From assembly GCA_965202985.1 (NCBI GenBank), contig CBDBCF010000001.1, positions 2,528,001-2,592,000 of the forward strand: 64,000 nucleotides of DNA, in the 5' to 3' direction. The stretch's first letter is position 1; each line of letters begins with the position of its first letter. The notes beneath the pieces are model-generated. The model did not search any database, was not told where the DNA came from, and saw only the letters and a list, made by a program, of their open reading frames with translations. Source of the stretch: Longimicrobiales bacterium (GTDB taxonomy: Bacteria; Gemmatimonadota; Gemmatimonadetes; Longimicrobiales; Gaopeijiaceae). A program made the translations under genes and the position numbers. Shown piece after piece: positions 40,182 through 50,454 of the stretch.

Positions 40182-41450
40182 ATGCCGCCCGCCAAGGACG
40201 CATCCCGCTTCAGTCGCCGTCGCTGGCTAGCATCGGCCTCCGGAGCGACGGCTGCCGCCTGGGCCATGACCCGCGCCGACGCCTTCGCCGCGGCCCCGTT
40301 CCGGCAGCAGCCCTTGTCCCCCGACCCGACCAAGGTCCCCGGGCGCTTCGTCTCCGAGGTGGGCCGTCGGGCGCCGGGCGAACAGCCGCGTCGCCTGATC
40401 CGCGCCCAGGCGCTGTCGAGCTCGTCGCGGACGCCCCTTCACGAGTTGCAGGGCACGATCACTCCCGCGGACCTGCACTTCGAGCGCCATCACGCCGGGG
40501 TCCCCGAGATCGCGTCCCAGGACCACGAACTGCTCGTCCACGGGATGGTCGAGCGTCCAATGGTCTTTCGCATGGCGGACCTGAAGCGGTACCCGCAGGC
40601 GTCGCGCATCTGCTTCGTCGAGTGCTCGGGCAACGGCGGCGGAGCCTACAGCCGCGACCGGATGCCCACCGAGATCACCGCCCAGCAGCTGGACGGGCTG
40701 ATCAGCACCAGCGAGTGGACCGGCGTCATGCTCTCCACGATCCTTCGCGAGGTGGGCGTTCGTCCGGGCGCGAGCTGGCTCTTGGCCGAGGGCGGAGACG
40801 CCGCCGTGATGGGCCGCAGCGTCCCGCTGGAGAAGGCGAACGACGACGCAATGCTCGCCTACGGCCAGAACGGCGAGGCGATCCGCCCCGAGCAGGGCTA
40901 CCCCGTGCGGCTCCTGCTGCCCGGCTGGGAGGGCAACGCCCAGGTGAAGTGGCTGCGGCGCATCGAGGTCACCGACCGCCCGACGATGACCCGCGACGAG
41001 ACCTCGCGCTACACCGACCCCCTGAAGGACGGGACCGCCCGCCAGTTCAGCTTCGTGATGGACGCCAAGTCGGTGATCACCTTCCCGTCGTACCCCTACG
41101 TCCTGCCGGAGCGGGGCTGGTGGGAGCTCTCGGGACTGGCCTGGACCGGACGGGGCCGCGTGACACGGGTCGACGTGAGCACCGACGGCGGGCGTTCCTG
41201 GACTCCCGCGCAGATGCAGGGGCCGGTGCTGCCCAAGTCCACCGTCCGCTTCCGCCACCTCTGGCGCTGGGACGGCCGCGAGACCGTGATCATGAGCCGC
41301 GCCACCGACGAGACCGGCTACGTGCAGCCCACCGTCCAGCAGCTCTGGCAGGCCCGGGGCGAAGGAACCACGTACCACCACAACCACCAGCGCGCCTGGA
41401 AGATCGCCGCCGACGGAGCCGTCACCTTCGGCCTGGGGGAGTTGGTGTGA
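40182..41450 (+). CDS. soxC: Sulfite dehydrogenase molybdopterin subunit (SoxC/SorA family), Tat-exported
   Basis: SRRRWL Tat motif; GTITPADLHFERHH, ECSGN and EQGYPVRL..PGWEGN..VKWL. Confidence 0.9.
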   Translation: MPPAKDASRFSRRRWLASASGATAAAWAMTRADAFAAAPFRQQPLSPDPTKVPGRFVSEVGRRAPGEQPRRLIRAQALSSSSRTPLHELQGTITPADLHFERHHAGVPEIASQDHELLVHGMVERPMVFRMADLKRYPQASRICFVECSGNGGGAYSRDRMPTEITAQQLDGLISTSEWTGVMLSTILREVGVRPGASWLLAEGGDAAVMGRSVPLEKANDDAMLAYGQNGEAIRPEQGYPVRLLLPGWEGNAQVKWLRRIEVTDRPTMTRDETSRYTDPLKDGTARQFSFVMDAKSVITFPSYPYVLPERGWWELSGLAWTGRGRVTRVDVSTDGGRSWTPAQMQGPVLPKSTVRFRHLWRWDGRETVIMSRATDETGYVQPTVQQLWQARGEGTTYHHNHQRAWKIAADGAVTFGLGELV

Positions 41451-41539
41451 GGGGCGGCGCGCCGTCGCGCCGGCGGAGCCTGTCGCCCTGTTCCCGCCCT
41501 GTCGCCGCGGCCGCTTCCGAAAGCGCTCGAACGGCCTCC

Positions 41540-42154
41540 ATGCGAGCGGCGCTTGCACTGGCGGCAATGGTCGTCCTTGGTGGATGCGGCAGCCCGCCCG
41601 ACGAAATCCCCGGCAACCCGTCCGTTTCGCCCGTTCTGTCCAGCGTCCCCGTTGCGCCCCCGAGCCTCCCCGATCACGCACCCGACCGGTTCGGCTTCGG
41701 TTCGGCCGCCTCCGAAGCGCGCGTCGCCCTCTGGGACATTGACGTGAAGCCCGACGGCGAGGGGTTGCCGCCCGGAAGCGGCTCGGTGGAGGAAGGCCGC
41801 CGCCTCTACGAGGTCCAGTGCATGGCGTGCCACGGCCCGACCGGAACCGAGGGTCCCAACGAGCGGCTCGTGCCAGACGGTGATTGGGAGCAGTGGCCGC
41901 AAGGGCGCACGGTCGGCGGCTACTGGCCCTACGCCACGACACTGTTCGACTACGTGCGCCGGGCCATGCCCCAAGCGACTCCGGGCTCCCTGTCGGACGA
42001 CCAGGTCTACGCCGTCTCCGCCTACGTCCTCCATCTGAACGGCCTGCTGCCCGCCGACGCCGCGCTGGACTCGGCTTCCCTGGCGGCAGTGGAGATGCCC
42101 GCCCGCAACCGCTTCGTCCCCGACGACCGGCAAGGCGGCCCGGAGGTGCGGTGA
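41540..42154 (+). CDS. Monoheme cytochrome c lipoprotein (SoxD-like)
   Basis: VLGGC lipobox; WDIDVKPDGEGLPPGSGSV..CMACHG..YWPYATTLFDYVRRAMP..MPARNRF. Confidence 0.85.
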   Translation: MRAALALAAMVVLGGCGSPPDEIPGNPSVSPVLSSVPVAPPSLPDHAPDRFGFGSAASEARVALWDIDVKPDGEGLPPGSGSVEEGRRLYEVQCMACHGPTGTEGPNERLVPDGDWEQWPQGRTVGGYWPYATTLFDYVRRAMPQATPGSLSDDQVYAVSAYVLHLNGLLPADAALDSASLAAVEMPARNRFVPDDRQGGPEVR

Positions 42155-42190
42155 CAGGCGAAGCCCACGCTTGAAGATGACTTCCAGAGT

Positions 42191-42207
42191 TTGGCACGTA
42201 AATTGCT
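42191..42207 (+). promoter_or_regulatory. sigma54 (-24/-12) promoter of peptide locus 2
   Basis: TTGGCACGTAAATTGCT with exact GG-N10-GC spacing, ~60 nt upstream of the peptide ATG. Confidence 0.8.
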
Positions 42208-42220
42208 GTGTACTGGCGCG

Positions 42221-42239
42221 TCGCGACACGGTGTCGCGA
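42221..42239. repeat. Perfect palindrome TCGCGACAC-G-GTGTCGCGA in the peptide 2 leader
   Basis: 9-bp inverted repeat just downstream of the predicted +1. Confidence 0.6.
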
Positions 42240-42267
42240 AAAACACGTCCCAGCAAGGGAGGCAAAG

Positions 42268-42519
42268 ATGGAGAAGCACCGGCAGATGAGGCTGTTCGCC
42301 ATGATCGCGTCGTTCCTGGCGCTTCTGGCGGCAGGTGCCTGGGTCCAACACCTGGGCGCGGAAGACGACGGAGGCTGCGACCACGGGGAGTGCGAGCACA
42401 GCCACCGTCGCTTCTGGTTCGACAGCCACAAGTGCGTTCCGAACGAGAACGACGTGGCCTGTGGGACCGACCAGTCGGAGCAGCACGGCTGCGAAACGAC
42501 CAGCTGCGGCGCTGCCTAG
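42268..42519 (+). CDS. Small secreted six-cysteine, His-rich peptide (peptide 2)
   Basis: AAGGGAGG RBS; Sec signal peptide; mature C-x4-C-x13-C-x8-C-x9-C-x4-C. Confidence 0.8.
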   Translation: MEKHRQMRLFAMIASFLALLAAGAWVQHLGAEDDGGCDHGECEHSHRRFWFDSHKCVPNENDVACGTDQSEQHGCETTSCGAA

Positions 42520-42521
42520 CT

Positions 42522-43700
42522 GTGGAACAACGGTCGAAGACGAGAAGCCGCCTCGGTGGGCTCATCGTGACGGCGGGCTTGGCCCTGGCGTGCGGCCAAG
42601 AAGGACTGCGCGAAGGCGAGGTCCTTCATCCCACGGCCCAGAACGCTTTGCCGGACGACGCAGCGGTGATCACCAGCGATACGCTTCCCGCGGGACTCTC
42701 CCCGACGGCGCTGGCGGCATGGCGGGAGACGCGAAACGCCCTTCTCGGGTCTGTCACGCAACTCCAACTCGGGGCGGACGATTCGTCAGGCCCTGATGCC
42801 TTTGGTCGAGTTTGGGACGCGGCCGTGGCGGGTCCCTCCGGGCGGCTGTTCGTGCTCGACGAAATCGACCAGGAGATCCGCGTCTTCGATCGCGATGGAC
42901 GCTTCGTAGGCCGTACAGGCGGAATCGGAGACGGACCGACCGAATTCCGATACGCCAACGGAATCGAGATGCTTGGCGACGGGCGACTGGTTGTGTCCTC
43001 CCGGGGTTCCGTTCAGCTGAAGGTGCTGGCGGAATCAGGGTCCGGCTGGGAGCTGGACGCGACGATTCAGCTCCCGGCCGGTCCCGACGATCTTTGTTCC
43101 ACTCCCGACGGGCGGGTCTTCCTTTCCGGCTACAAGCGCGAAGGCAATACTCTGGTGCACGAGGTTGCCGTGACGGAGGGCTCGTCAACCCAAGACTTCG
43201 GGGAAGGCTACCTTGCCGACCACTGGCTGGTCGAACACCAGCTGGCGCCGGGAAGGCTCGCATGCACGGAAGAACAGGGTCCGGTGATGTTCGCTCACGA
43301 GTTGCTCCCGTGGGTGCGCGCGTTCGATCGGGATACCGGTCGTCTGCTGTGGACCGCCGAAATCGAGGACTTTCTGTTGCCGATGGTCGTGTCGAGAGTT
43401 CGGTCCGACGGACGCCACGCAGTGCGACGCGGCCGAACAGAGGTCGAAGACATAGTGGCAGCCCTGCACGCAGTGTCGTCCAACCATCTGCTGTTGCAGG
43501 TCTCGCGATTCCGTGCTAGCGGAAGACAGGTGAGCGTGCGCAGCTACCTTCTTGACGCCGCGACCGGGCTTGGGGCGAGCCTCGGGGACGATGCACTGCC
43601 TCCCGTCGTGTCTACCTTTCCCGGTGGTTATGTCGCCGTCTTCGAGGATCCCTACCCTCGCCTCGAAACGAGGGTCTTCGGCGACGGTGGAGGTCTGTGA
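42522..43700 (+). CDS. 6-bladed beta-propeller lipoprotein
   Basis: LALAC lipobox; LFVLDEIDQEIRVFDRDGRFVGRTGGIGDGPTEF. Confidence 0.8.
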   Translation: MEQRSKTRSRLGGLIVTAGLALACGQEGLREGEVLHPTAQNALPDDAAVITSDTLPAGLSPTALAAWRETRNALLGSVTQLQLGADDSSGPDAFGRVWDAAVAGPSGRLFVLDEIDQEIRVFDRDGRFVGRTGGIGDGPTEFRYANGIEMLGDGRLVVSSRGSVQLKVLAESGSGWELDATIQLPAGPDDLCSTPDGRVFLSGYKREGNTLVHEVAVTEGSSTQDFGEGYLADHWLVEHQLAPGRLACTEEQGPVMFAHELLPWVRAFDRDTGRLLWTAEIEDFLLPMVVSRVRSDGRHAVRRGRTEVEDIVAALHAVSSNHLLLQVSRFRASGRQVSVRSYLLDAATGLGASLGDDALPPVVSTFPGGYVAVFEDPYPRLETRVFGDGGGL

Positions 43701-44329
43701 CGGTGTTGCGCGGGAATCGAAGGCAGTGGGGTTGGATTGCGATTTTCGCGTGCATGGGAGCTCCGGTCGGATATGGACTAGCGTGGGCAGGACTGATTCC
43801 AGACGTGCGCGTCGACTGGCCCGTCGGCCTGCGCGGGAGGGAGTCGTACACGCCCTCCGGCACCCTGTCTTCTGGCACGGAGGTTGTCCTGGTCTACGTC
43901 GGGTCCTCAACCTGCGCCTGGTCGAACGTGCCGAGATTGCCCAAGTTGGTCGAAGAGCTCAAGCTCACGCTTCAGGCGAGGGCGAAGTCCGAAGGCAAGA
44001 CCTTCTTCACGGTTGGCGTTGCCCGCGATCTCGAATCGGACCGAGGCCTTCGTCACCTGGAGGACTTCGGGACGTTCGACGAAGTGATGTCGGGCGGCAG
44101 TTGGATCAATACTGGTATTCTCAAGTACATCTTTGACGACCTGCCGGGTCCCGCGGCTACCCCGCAACTGGTCCTCTTGGAGCGCTTGGTCGAGGTCCGC
44201 GAGGGGAACTATTCCATCGCGGACGAACGAATTCTGGCCCGGGCTGTCGGACTTGAGGAAATCGACGAATGGGGCGCCTCGTGGGCGAGAAGCGGCACCG
44301 CGCCCGACCGCGGGACACGAGGTCGGTAG
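43697..44329 (+). CDS. Membrane-anchored thioredoxin-fold protein (CxxS)
   Basis: N-terminal TM; VVLVYVGSST-CAWS; ATPQLVLL cis-Pro-like motif. Confidence 0.6.
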   Translation: MTVLRGNRRQWGWIAIFACMGAPVGYGLAWAGLIPDVRVDWPVGLRGRESYTPSGTLSSGTEVVLVYVGSSTCAWSNVPRLPKLVEELKLTLQARAKSEGKTFFTVGVARDLESDRGLRHLEDFGTFDEVMSGGSWINTGILKYIFDDLPGPAATPQLVLLERLVEVREGNYSIADERILARAVGLEEIDEWGASWARSGTAPDRGTRGR

Positions 44330-44428
44330 TTCGGGTCCCAGGTCGTCCCTTCCGGCCGGTCGGCCGGGCGCTGGTGGCTGGCTAGCGACCTGCCGACGGC
44401 GCGATCTCCCCGCTCCGCTCGTTGCCGC

Positions 44429-44458
44429 TTGCGCCTTCGTCGGCCCCCGCCGTATGGT
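44429..44458 (+). promoter_or_regulatory. Putative sigma70 promoter of rny
   Basis: TTGCGC-18-TATGGT. Confidence 0.4.
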
Positions 44459-44550
44459 GTAGCCAAATCCAGGGAGCCCGTGGGCAGGCGCGCGGACTTC
44501 CGTTGTCGATTCCTGGGGTCGGTCGGGCAAGACCGGCTTGGAGAAAATAC

Positions 44551-46119
44551 ATGGACCCGCTGGGTTGGGCCCTGGCGGTGGGGGCGGTCGTCGCCGGGGT
44601 TGTGGGGTACCTCCTGGGCAGGAGCCAGGAGCGCCGCCGACAGAGCGAACAGCAGGCCGCGGCCAAGGACGAGGCCTCGCGCATCCGCCGACGGGCCGAG
44701 GAAGAGGCCGGGAGCCTGCGTCGCGCCGCCGAGCTGGAGGCCCGGGAGGAGGCGCTTCGGGTCAAGGAGGCGTGGGAGGCCGAGGAGCGCCGTCGGCGGG
44801 ATGAGGTGGAACGGGGCGAGCGCCGGTTGGCCGAGCGGGCCGGGGCCGCCGACCGCAAGTCCGAGCAGCTGGATCGGCGGGAGACCGGGTTGGACGAGCG
44901 GATTCGGGTTCTCGAGGCCCGGGAGCGCGAAGCCGAGGGCCGTCGCCGCGAGTCCGATCGGCTCCTGGCGAAGTTGCGCGAGCGCTTGGAGGCGGCGTCG
45001 GGCCTGTCGGTGGAGGACGCCAAGGCCGAGTTGATCGCCGGGCTGGAGGACGAGGCGCGGGCGGGGGCCGCCAACTCCATCCGGGCGATCAAGGAAGAGG
45101 CGCAGCGCACCGCCGACCGCGAGGCCAAGCGCTTGGTGGCGATGGCGATCCAACGAATGGCCGCGGTCGAGACCGCCCAGCTCGCCGTGTCGCTGGTGCA
45201 GCTTCCGTCGGACGAGATGAAGGGGCGGATCATCGGCCGGGAGGGACGCAACATACGGGCGTTCGAACAGGCCACGGGGATCGACGTGGTCGTGGACGAC
45301 ACGCCCGAGGCCGTGGTGCTGTCGGGGTACGAACCGGTGCGGCGGGAGATCGCTCGGCTGGCGCTGGCCAAGCTGGTCGAGGACGGGCGCATCCACCCCG
45401 CGCGGATCGAAGAGGTCGTGGAGGCGAGTCGGACGGAAGTGGAGGCCGAGATGCAGGCGGCGGCGGAAGAGGTCCTTTACGAGCTGGGCATCCACAACGT
45501 GCACCCGGAGATCGTCAAGGTGCTGGGCCGCCTCAAGTTCCGCACGTCGTTCGGCCAGAACCAGCTGGCCCACTCGCGCGAGGTCGCCCTGCTGGCGGGC
45601 ACGATGGCCGCCGAAATGGGGCTCGACGCGAAGATGGCCCGGCGCGCCGGCGTGCTTCACGACGTGGGCAAGGCCCTGACCCACGACCAGGAGCTGACGC
45701 ACGTGGAGCTGGGACGACGGCTGTGCAAGCGCCACGACGAGCCCGACGTGGTGCTGAACGCCATTGCCGCTCACCACGGGGACGAGCCCCACGAGTACGC
45801 CGAGGCGTGGCTGGTCACGGCGGCGGACGCCATCAGCGGCTCCCGGCCCGGCGCCCGAAGGGAGATGTTCGACGGGTACGTCCGGCGACTGGAGCGGTTG
45901 GAGGAGCTGGCGATGGAGCAGCCCGGCGTGGAACGTTGCTTCGCCATCCAAGCCGGCCGGGAACTTCGGGTCATGGTGCAGCCCGACAAGGTGTCGGACG
46001 ACGGGATGGCGCAGATTTCGGAAGCAGTGGCCCGGGCGATCGAGAACGAGCTTCAGTACCCCGGCCAGATCAAGGTCGTCGTCATTCGGGAGACCCGAGC
46101 CGTCGACTTCGCCCGCTAA
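44551..46119 (+). CDS. rny: Ribonuclease Y
   Basis: N-terminal TM and coiled coil; [15 protein letters not shown] domain; LHDVGK HD domain; AIQAGRE. Confidence 0.97.
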   Translation: MDPLGWALAVGAVVAGVVGYLLGRSQERRRQSEQQAAAKDEASRIRRRAEEEAGSLRRAAELEAREEALRVKEAWEAEERRRRDEVERGERRLAERAGAADRKSEQLDRRETGLDERIRVLEAREREAEGRRRESDRLLAKLRERLEAASGLSVEDAKAELIAGLEDEARAGAANSIRAIKEEAQRTADREAKRLVAMAIQRMAAVETAQLAVSLVQLPSDEMKGRIIGREGRNIRAFEQATGIDVVVDDTPEAVVLSGYEPVRREIARLALAKLVEDGRIHPARIEEVVEASRTEVEAEMQAAAEEVLYELGIHNVHPEIVKVLGRLKFRTSFGQNQLAHSREVALLAGTMAAEMGLDAKMARRAGVLHDVGKALTHDQELTHVELGRRLCKRHDEPDVVLNAIAAHHGDEPHEYAEAWLVTAADAISGSRPGARREMFDGYVRRLERLEELAMEQPGVERCFAIQAGRELRVMVQPDKVSDDGMAQISEAVARAIENELQYPGQIKVVVIRETRAVDFAR

Positions 46120-46156
46120 GGGGGCGATCCTCACCTCAACAACGGAAACCTGTTCA

Positions 46157-47065
46157 ATGGCAGCGAAGATCATTTCGGGAACGCGGATCGCCCGCGCCAT
46201 CCGCGAGGAACTCCACGCGCGGGTTGCGCGGATGGCCCAAGACGACCTGGTGCCGGGGTTGGCCACGGTCCTGGTGGGCGAGAACCCCGCAAGCCGCCTC
46301 TACGTGGGCATGAAGAACAAGGCGGCGTCCGAGGCGGGCATCCGCTCCCGCCAAGCGACCCTGCCCGAATCGACCAGCGAGGCCGAGCTGCTGGCCCTCG
46401 TGGCCGAACTCAACGCCGACCCCGCCGTTCACGGCATCCTGGTGCAGCTGCCCCTGCCCGAGCAGATCGACGAGGCCAAGGTCCTCACGGCCGTCGATCC
46501 GGCCAAGGACGTGGACGGCTTTCATCCCGTGAACGTGGGCCGGCTGGCCACGGGCGATCCGCGCGTCCTGCCGCCGTGCACGCCCCGGGGAGTGCTGGAG
46601 CTGCTGCTGCGCAGCGGCGCCGACCCGGCGGGCAAGCACGTGGTCGTGGTGGGGCGGTCGAACATCGTCGGCAAGCCGATGGCCTACCTGCTGCTGCGCC
46701 GGGCGCCCGGAGGCAACGCCACCGTGACCGTGGCCCACAGCCGCACGGCGGACCTGGGCGCCCTGACCCGCCAAGCGGACATCCTCGTGGTGGCCGTGGG
46801 CCGCCCCGGCATCGTGTCGGGCGACATGGTCAAGCCCGGCGCGGTCGTCGTCGACGTAGGCACCAACCGGGTGGACGACCCGGATCGCGAAAAGGGCTAC
46901 CGCGTGGTGGGCGACGTGGACTTCGAGAGCGCGAAGGACGTGGCGTCGGCGATCACCCCGGTGCCGGGCGGCGTCGGCCCCATGACCATAGCCATGCTCC
47001 TGGCCAACACGGTGGAAGCTGCGGCCGCGCAGGCGGGACTCGACGAGGCGCAACCCGGCCGATGA
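46157..47065 (+). CDS. folD: Bifunctional methylenetetrahydrofolate dehydrogenase/cyclohydrolase
   Basis: [21 protein letters not shown] and [11 protein letters not shown]. Confidence 0.97.
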   Translation: MAAKIISGTRIARAIREELHARVARMAQDDLVPGLATVLVGENPASRLYVGMKNKAASEAGIRSRQATLPESTSEAELLALVAELNADPAVHGILVQLPLPEQIDEAKVLTAVDPAKDVDGFHPVNVGRLATGDPRVLPPCTPRGVLELLLRSGADPAGKHVVVVGRSNIVGKPMAYLLLRRAPGGNATVTVAHSRTADLGALTRQADILVVAVGRPGIVSGDMVKPGAVVVDVGTNRVDDPDREKGYRVVGDVDFESAKDVASAITPVPGGVGPMTIAMLLANTVEAAAAQAGLDEAQPGR

Positions 47066-48300
47066 GCCCGCAGCCCGACCTGTTTTCCGGCGACGGGACG
47101 GCCGGTTCGGGCATCCCCGCCCCCAAGGTCTGGACCGTGACCCAGGTCAACCGGTCGGTCCGCCTCTTGCTGGACGAGAGCCTGCCCCGGCTTTGGGTCG
47201 GCGGAGAGGTGGCCAACTTCACCCGCCACCGGTCGGGGCACCGCTACTTCTCGCTCAAGGACGGGACGGCGCAGCTGCGCTGCGTCATGTTCCGCCGAGA
47301 AGCGGTTCGCCTTGCCGCGGATCCGTCCGACGGCATGATCGTGCGGGCCTTCGGGGGCGTCACCCTGTACGAGGCGCGGGGCGCGTACCAGTTCGTGATC
47401 TCCAAGCTCGAGGCCGAGCGCGAAGGGGGCATGTGGCGGCTGGCCTTCGACCGGCTTCGGAAGCGACTGGAGGCCGAGGGCCTGACCGACCCCGCCCGCA
47501 AGCGGCCGCTGCCGCCCTTTCCCCGGTCGGTCGGAGTCGTGACCTCGCCGGGAGGCGCGGCCCTGCGCGACGTGACGGCGGTGGTGGCGCGGCGCTCGCC
47601 CTGGGTGCGGCTCGTCGTGCGGGCCACCCGGGTCCAAGGCGAAGGTGCGGCCCGGGAGATCGCCGCCGCCGTGTCGCTGGTGGCCGCCAGCGGCGTGGAC
47701 GCCGTTCTCGTGGCCCGAGGCGGCGGGTCCGCAGAGGACCTGTGGGCGTTCAACGAAGAGCCGGTGGCGCGGGCGGTGGCGGCCAGCCCGGTGCCCGTCG
47801 TGTCCGGCGTGGGGCACGAGACCGACGTGACCCTTTGCGACCTGGTGGCCGACCTGCGCGCCGCCACGCCCTCCGCCGCTGCCGAAGCCGTGGCCCCCGC
47901 CCGCGACGCTGTCGACATCCGGCTGAACGCTTCCACCGCGCGCTTGGCCAAGGGACTTGCGGCGCTGGCCCGCTCGCGCAGAAGCAGGTTGGAGTGGGCG
48001 CGCGACGCCCTCGACAGTCGCATCCGGGCAAGGACGGCCGTCCGTCGGACCCGCCTGGAGCGCGACAAGGAGCGGCTGGCCGCCGCCGCCCACGGGCGCA
48101 TCGGCCGCGACGCCGCCCGGCTGGCGCAGGGCGCAGCCGCCCTGGAGGCCCTATCGCCCCTGTCCACGCTGGCCCGCGGCTATGCAGTGCCGCTGGACGG
48201 CGACGGACGTCTCCTTCGCGCCGCCGCCGACTTCGCACCCGGCGCGCTCTTTCGCCTCCGCGTCGTGGACGGGAACGTGCCCTGCGCGGTTCGGTCGTGA
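47062..48300 (+). CDS. xseA: Exodeoxyribonuclease VII large subunit
   Basis: [31 protein letters not shown] and [11 protein letters not shown]. Confidence 0.96.
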   Translation: MSPQPDLFSGDGTAGSGIPAPKVWTVTQVNRSVRLLLDESLPRLWVGGEVANFTRHRSGHRYFSLKDGTAQLRCVMFRREAVRLAADPSDGMIVRAFGGVTLYEARGAYQFVISKLEAEREGGMWRLAFDRLRKRLEAEGLTDPARKRPLPPFPRSVGVVTSPGGAALRDVTAVVARRSPWVRLVVRATRVQGEGAAREIAAAVSLVAASGVDAVLVARGGGSAEDLWAFNEEPVARAVAASPVPVVSGVGHETDVTLCDLVADLRAATPSAAAEAVAPARDAVDIRLNASTARLAKGLAALARSRRSRLEWARDALDSRIRARTAVRRTRLERDKERLAAAAHGRIGRDAARLAQGAAALEALSPLSTLARGYAVPLDGDGRLLRAAADFAPGALFRLRVVDGNVPCAVRS

Positions 48301-48575
48301 CCCCCGACTCGCGCGAGCCTGGCGCGGAAGGCGAGCCGGGCCTGGAAGACCGCCTGCGGCGCATCGACGAGATCGTGGCGGCCCTGGATTCCGACGCCCT
48401 GGGACTGGACCAAGCGCTGGCGCTCTTCGAGGAGGGCGTCGTGCACGTGGGACGGGCCCGGGCGATCTTGGCCGCCGCCGAGCTCAAGGTCGAGGAGCTG
48501 GTCGGGCCCGACGGCGAGGAGCGGCGGGACCGAACGCCGTCGGAGCGCGACCCTGGGCCTGGGGAAGATGCCTGA
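48297..48575 (+). CDS. xseB: Exodeoxyribonuclease VII small subunit
   Basis: LEDRLRRIDEIVAALD..LDQALALFEEGV..LAAAELKVEEL. Confidence 0.9.
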   Translation: MTPDSREPGAEGEPGLEDRLRRIDEIVAALDSDALGLDQALALFEEGVVHVGRARAILAAAELKVEELVGPDGEERRDRTPSERDPGPGEDA

Positions 48576-49467
48576 CGGCTTCCGCGCCTTCCTGGAGGAC
48601 CGGCGCGACAATGTCGGCGAAGCTCTGCGCCGCGCTCTGGACGCCCTGGCCGAGCGGATTCCCCCGAGGCTGGCGGCGGCCGCCGAAGACGGCGTGATGA
48701 GCAGTGGCAAGCGGCTGCGCCCGCTCCTCCTCGTCGCTGCCTACGAAGAGACCGGGGGCGGGGCCACGCAGGACGTGTACGACCTGGCGGCGTCCGTCGA
48801 GCTCGTCCACGCATACTCGCTCATGCACGACGACCTTCCCTGCATGGACGACGCGCCCTTGCGGCGGGGCCGTCCCACGCCCCATGCGGTTCACGGAACT
48901 GGCGTTGCCGCGGTGGCCGGCGCCGTGCTTGTGCCGTGGGCGGCCGCATGGGCCCACGACGCCGCGGTCCGCGTGGGCAGGACGCCGGCCCAAGCGCGGG
49001 CCATCGCGGTACGGCTCCTGGAAGCGGCCGGGGCCGGCGGCATGGTAGGGGGGCAGGCGCTGGACCTGCTTGCCGAAGGGCGGCGCGTGGACGAAGCGGA
49101 GCTGGCGGCGCTTCACGGCCTCAAGACCGGCGCCCTGCTGGCCGCGTCGCTGGAGGCCGGCGTCATGGCGGCGGGCGGGAACGGCCGCGTCCTGGAAGCG
49201 GCTGGAACCTTCGGCCGGAGCGTGGGGCTGGCGTTCCAGCTCGTGGACGACGTGCTGGATGCCACGGCCTCCGCCGTCCAGCTGGGCAAGCGCCCCTCCG
49301 ACGCGGATCGGGAGAAGTCCACCTACGTGGCCCTCTTGGGAGTCGAAGGCGCCCGAGCCCGGGCCCGGCAGCTGGTGGTGCGCGGGACGGCCGCCCTGGA
49401 CGCGGCGGGACTGGCGGCGCCGCGCCTCCGCGAGCTCGGCCGCTTCGTCCTGGACCGTCGCCGATGA
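48568..49467 (+). CDS. ispA: Polyprenyl (farnesyl/geranylgeranyl) diphosphate synthase
   Basis: GKRLRP, HDDLPCMDD..RRG and FQLVDDVLD. Confidence 0.92.
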   Translation: MPDGFRAFLEDRRDNVGEALRRALDALAERIPPRLAAAAEDGVMSSGKRLRPLLLVAAYEETGGGATQDVYDLAASVELVHAYSLMHDDLPCMDDAPLRRGRPTPHAVHGTGVAAVAGAVLVPWAAAWAHDAAVRVGRTPAQARAIAVRLLEAAGAGGMVGGQALDLLAEGRRVDEAELAALHGLKTGALLAASLEAGVMAAGGNGRVLEAAGTFGRSVGLAFQLVDDVLDATASAVQLGKRPSDADREKSTYVALLGVEGARARARQLVVRGTAALDAAGLAAPRLRELGRFVLDRRR

Positions 49468-50384
49468 CCGCCCCGTCGTTCCGCCGCATCTCGGTCGTCG
49501 GCATGGACCCGCAAGCCGGGCCCGACCCGATGGCGGACGCTTTCCGACGCGTGTCTTCGGTGGCCGCCGAGTTCGGCGCCGACGTATCGGCGGCCGTGGC
49601 CGACGCTTCCACCACCGGGGCGGAGGGGGCGCCGCCGCCGGGCGTTCACGCGGAGGCCGACTTGGTCGTCTCGCTGGGTGGCGACGGCACCCTGCTGCGG
49701 GCCGCCCGCTTGGTACTGGGCCTGGGCGTCCCGGTTCTGGGCGTCAACCTGGGGAACCTGGGGTTCCTCACGTCGGTGTCGGGCGCCGAGGTCGAGACCG
49801 GGCTGCGCCAAGTCCTTTCGGGCGATTACGAGGTCGAGGAGCGAACCACCCTGGTGGCGGAGGTCCGCGCGCCGGAATCCGCGCCGAGTGCGTTGCCCCG
49901 TGCGTCGTTCGCCGCGCTCAACGACGTGGTGGTCCACCGACCCGTGGCCTCGCGCGTCAGCCGCCTGGGCCTGTGGGTCGGCGACCCCGGCGAGTCCCGA
50001 GAAGAGATCGGCAGCTTCGCGGGAGACGGCCTGATCCTGTCGACCCCGACCGGCTCCACGGCCTACTCACTGTCGGCGGGTGGCCCGGTCATCGTGCCCG
50101 GCATGAACTGCCTGCTGGCGACGCCGATCCTGCCCCACACCCTGGCCGTCCGCCCGCTGGTGGCGCCCGGCGACAGAGAGATCACCGTCGGAGCGCTGGA
50201 CCCGGGCGATCCCCTCGTGGTGACGGTGGACGGACAAGAGGGAGGACTGCTGCCGGACGACGCCTGCCTCGTCGTGCGCATGGGAACCGCCCGAGCGTCC
50301 CTGATCCGCCTCCCGGGCCATTCGTTCTTCGCAACGCTTCGGCAGAAGCTGAGCTGGGCTGCCCGCGCCCCCGGCGGCAGCTGA
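49464..50384 (+). CDS. nadK: NAD(+) kinase
   Basis: GGDGT, GNLGFL, ALNDVV and TPTGSTAYSLSAGGP. Confidence 0.95.
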   Translation: MTAPSFRRISVVGMDPQAGPDPMADAFRRVSSVAAEFGADVSAAVADASTTGAEGAPPPGVHAEADLVVSLGGDGTLLRAARLVLGLGVPVLGVNLGNLGFLTSVSGAEVETGLRQVLSGDYEVEERTTLVAEVRAPESAPSALPRASFAALNDVVVHRPVASRVSRLGLWVGDPGESREEIGSFAGDGLILSTPTGSTAYSLSAGGPVIVPGMNCLLATPILPHTLAVRPLVAPGDREITVGALDPGDPLVVTVDGQEGGLLPDDACLVVRMGTARASLIRLPGHSFFATLRQKLSWAARAPGGS

Positions 50385-50454
50385 CCGATACGGCCACATC
50401 GAGTCGGCCCAGCCGGCCATGGCGGGTTGCGTCTTGGCACCATTATGCTATGTC

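Noticed and set aside
44330..44550. 6S RNA expected between zapA and rny
   Set aside because: No long rod-like ~180-nt structure recognisable by eye; an Infernal search would be needed
50434..50449. sigma54-like TGGCAC..TGC upstream of recN
   Set aside because: GG-N9-GC spacing is one base short and it lies too close to the start codon
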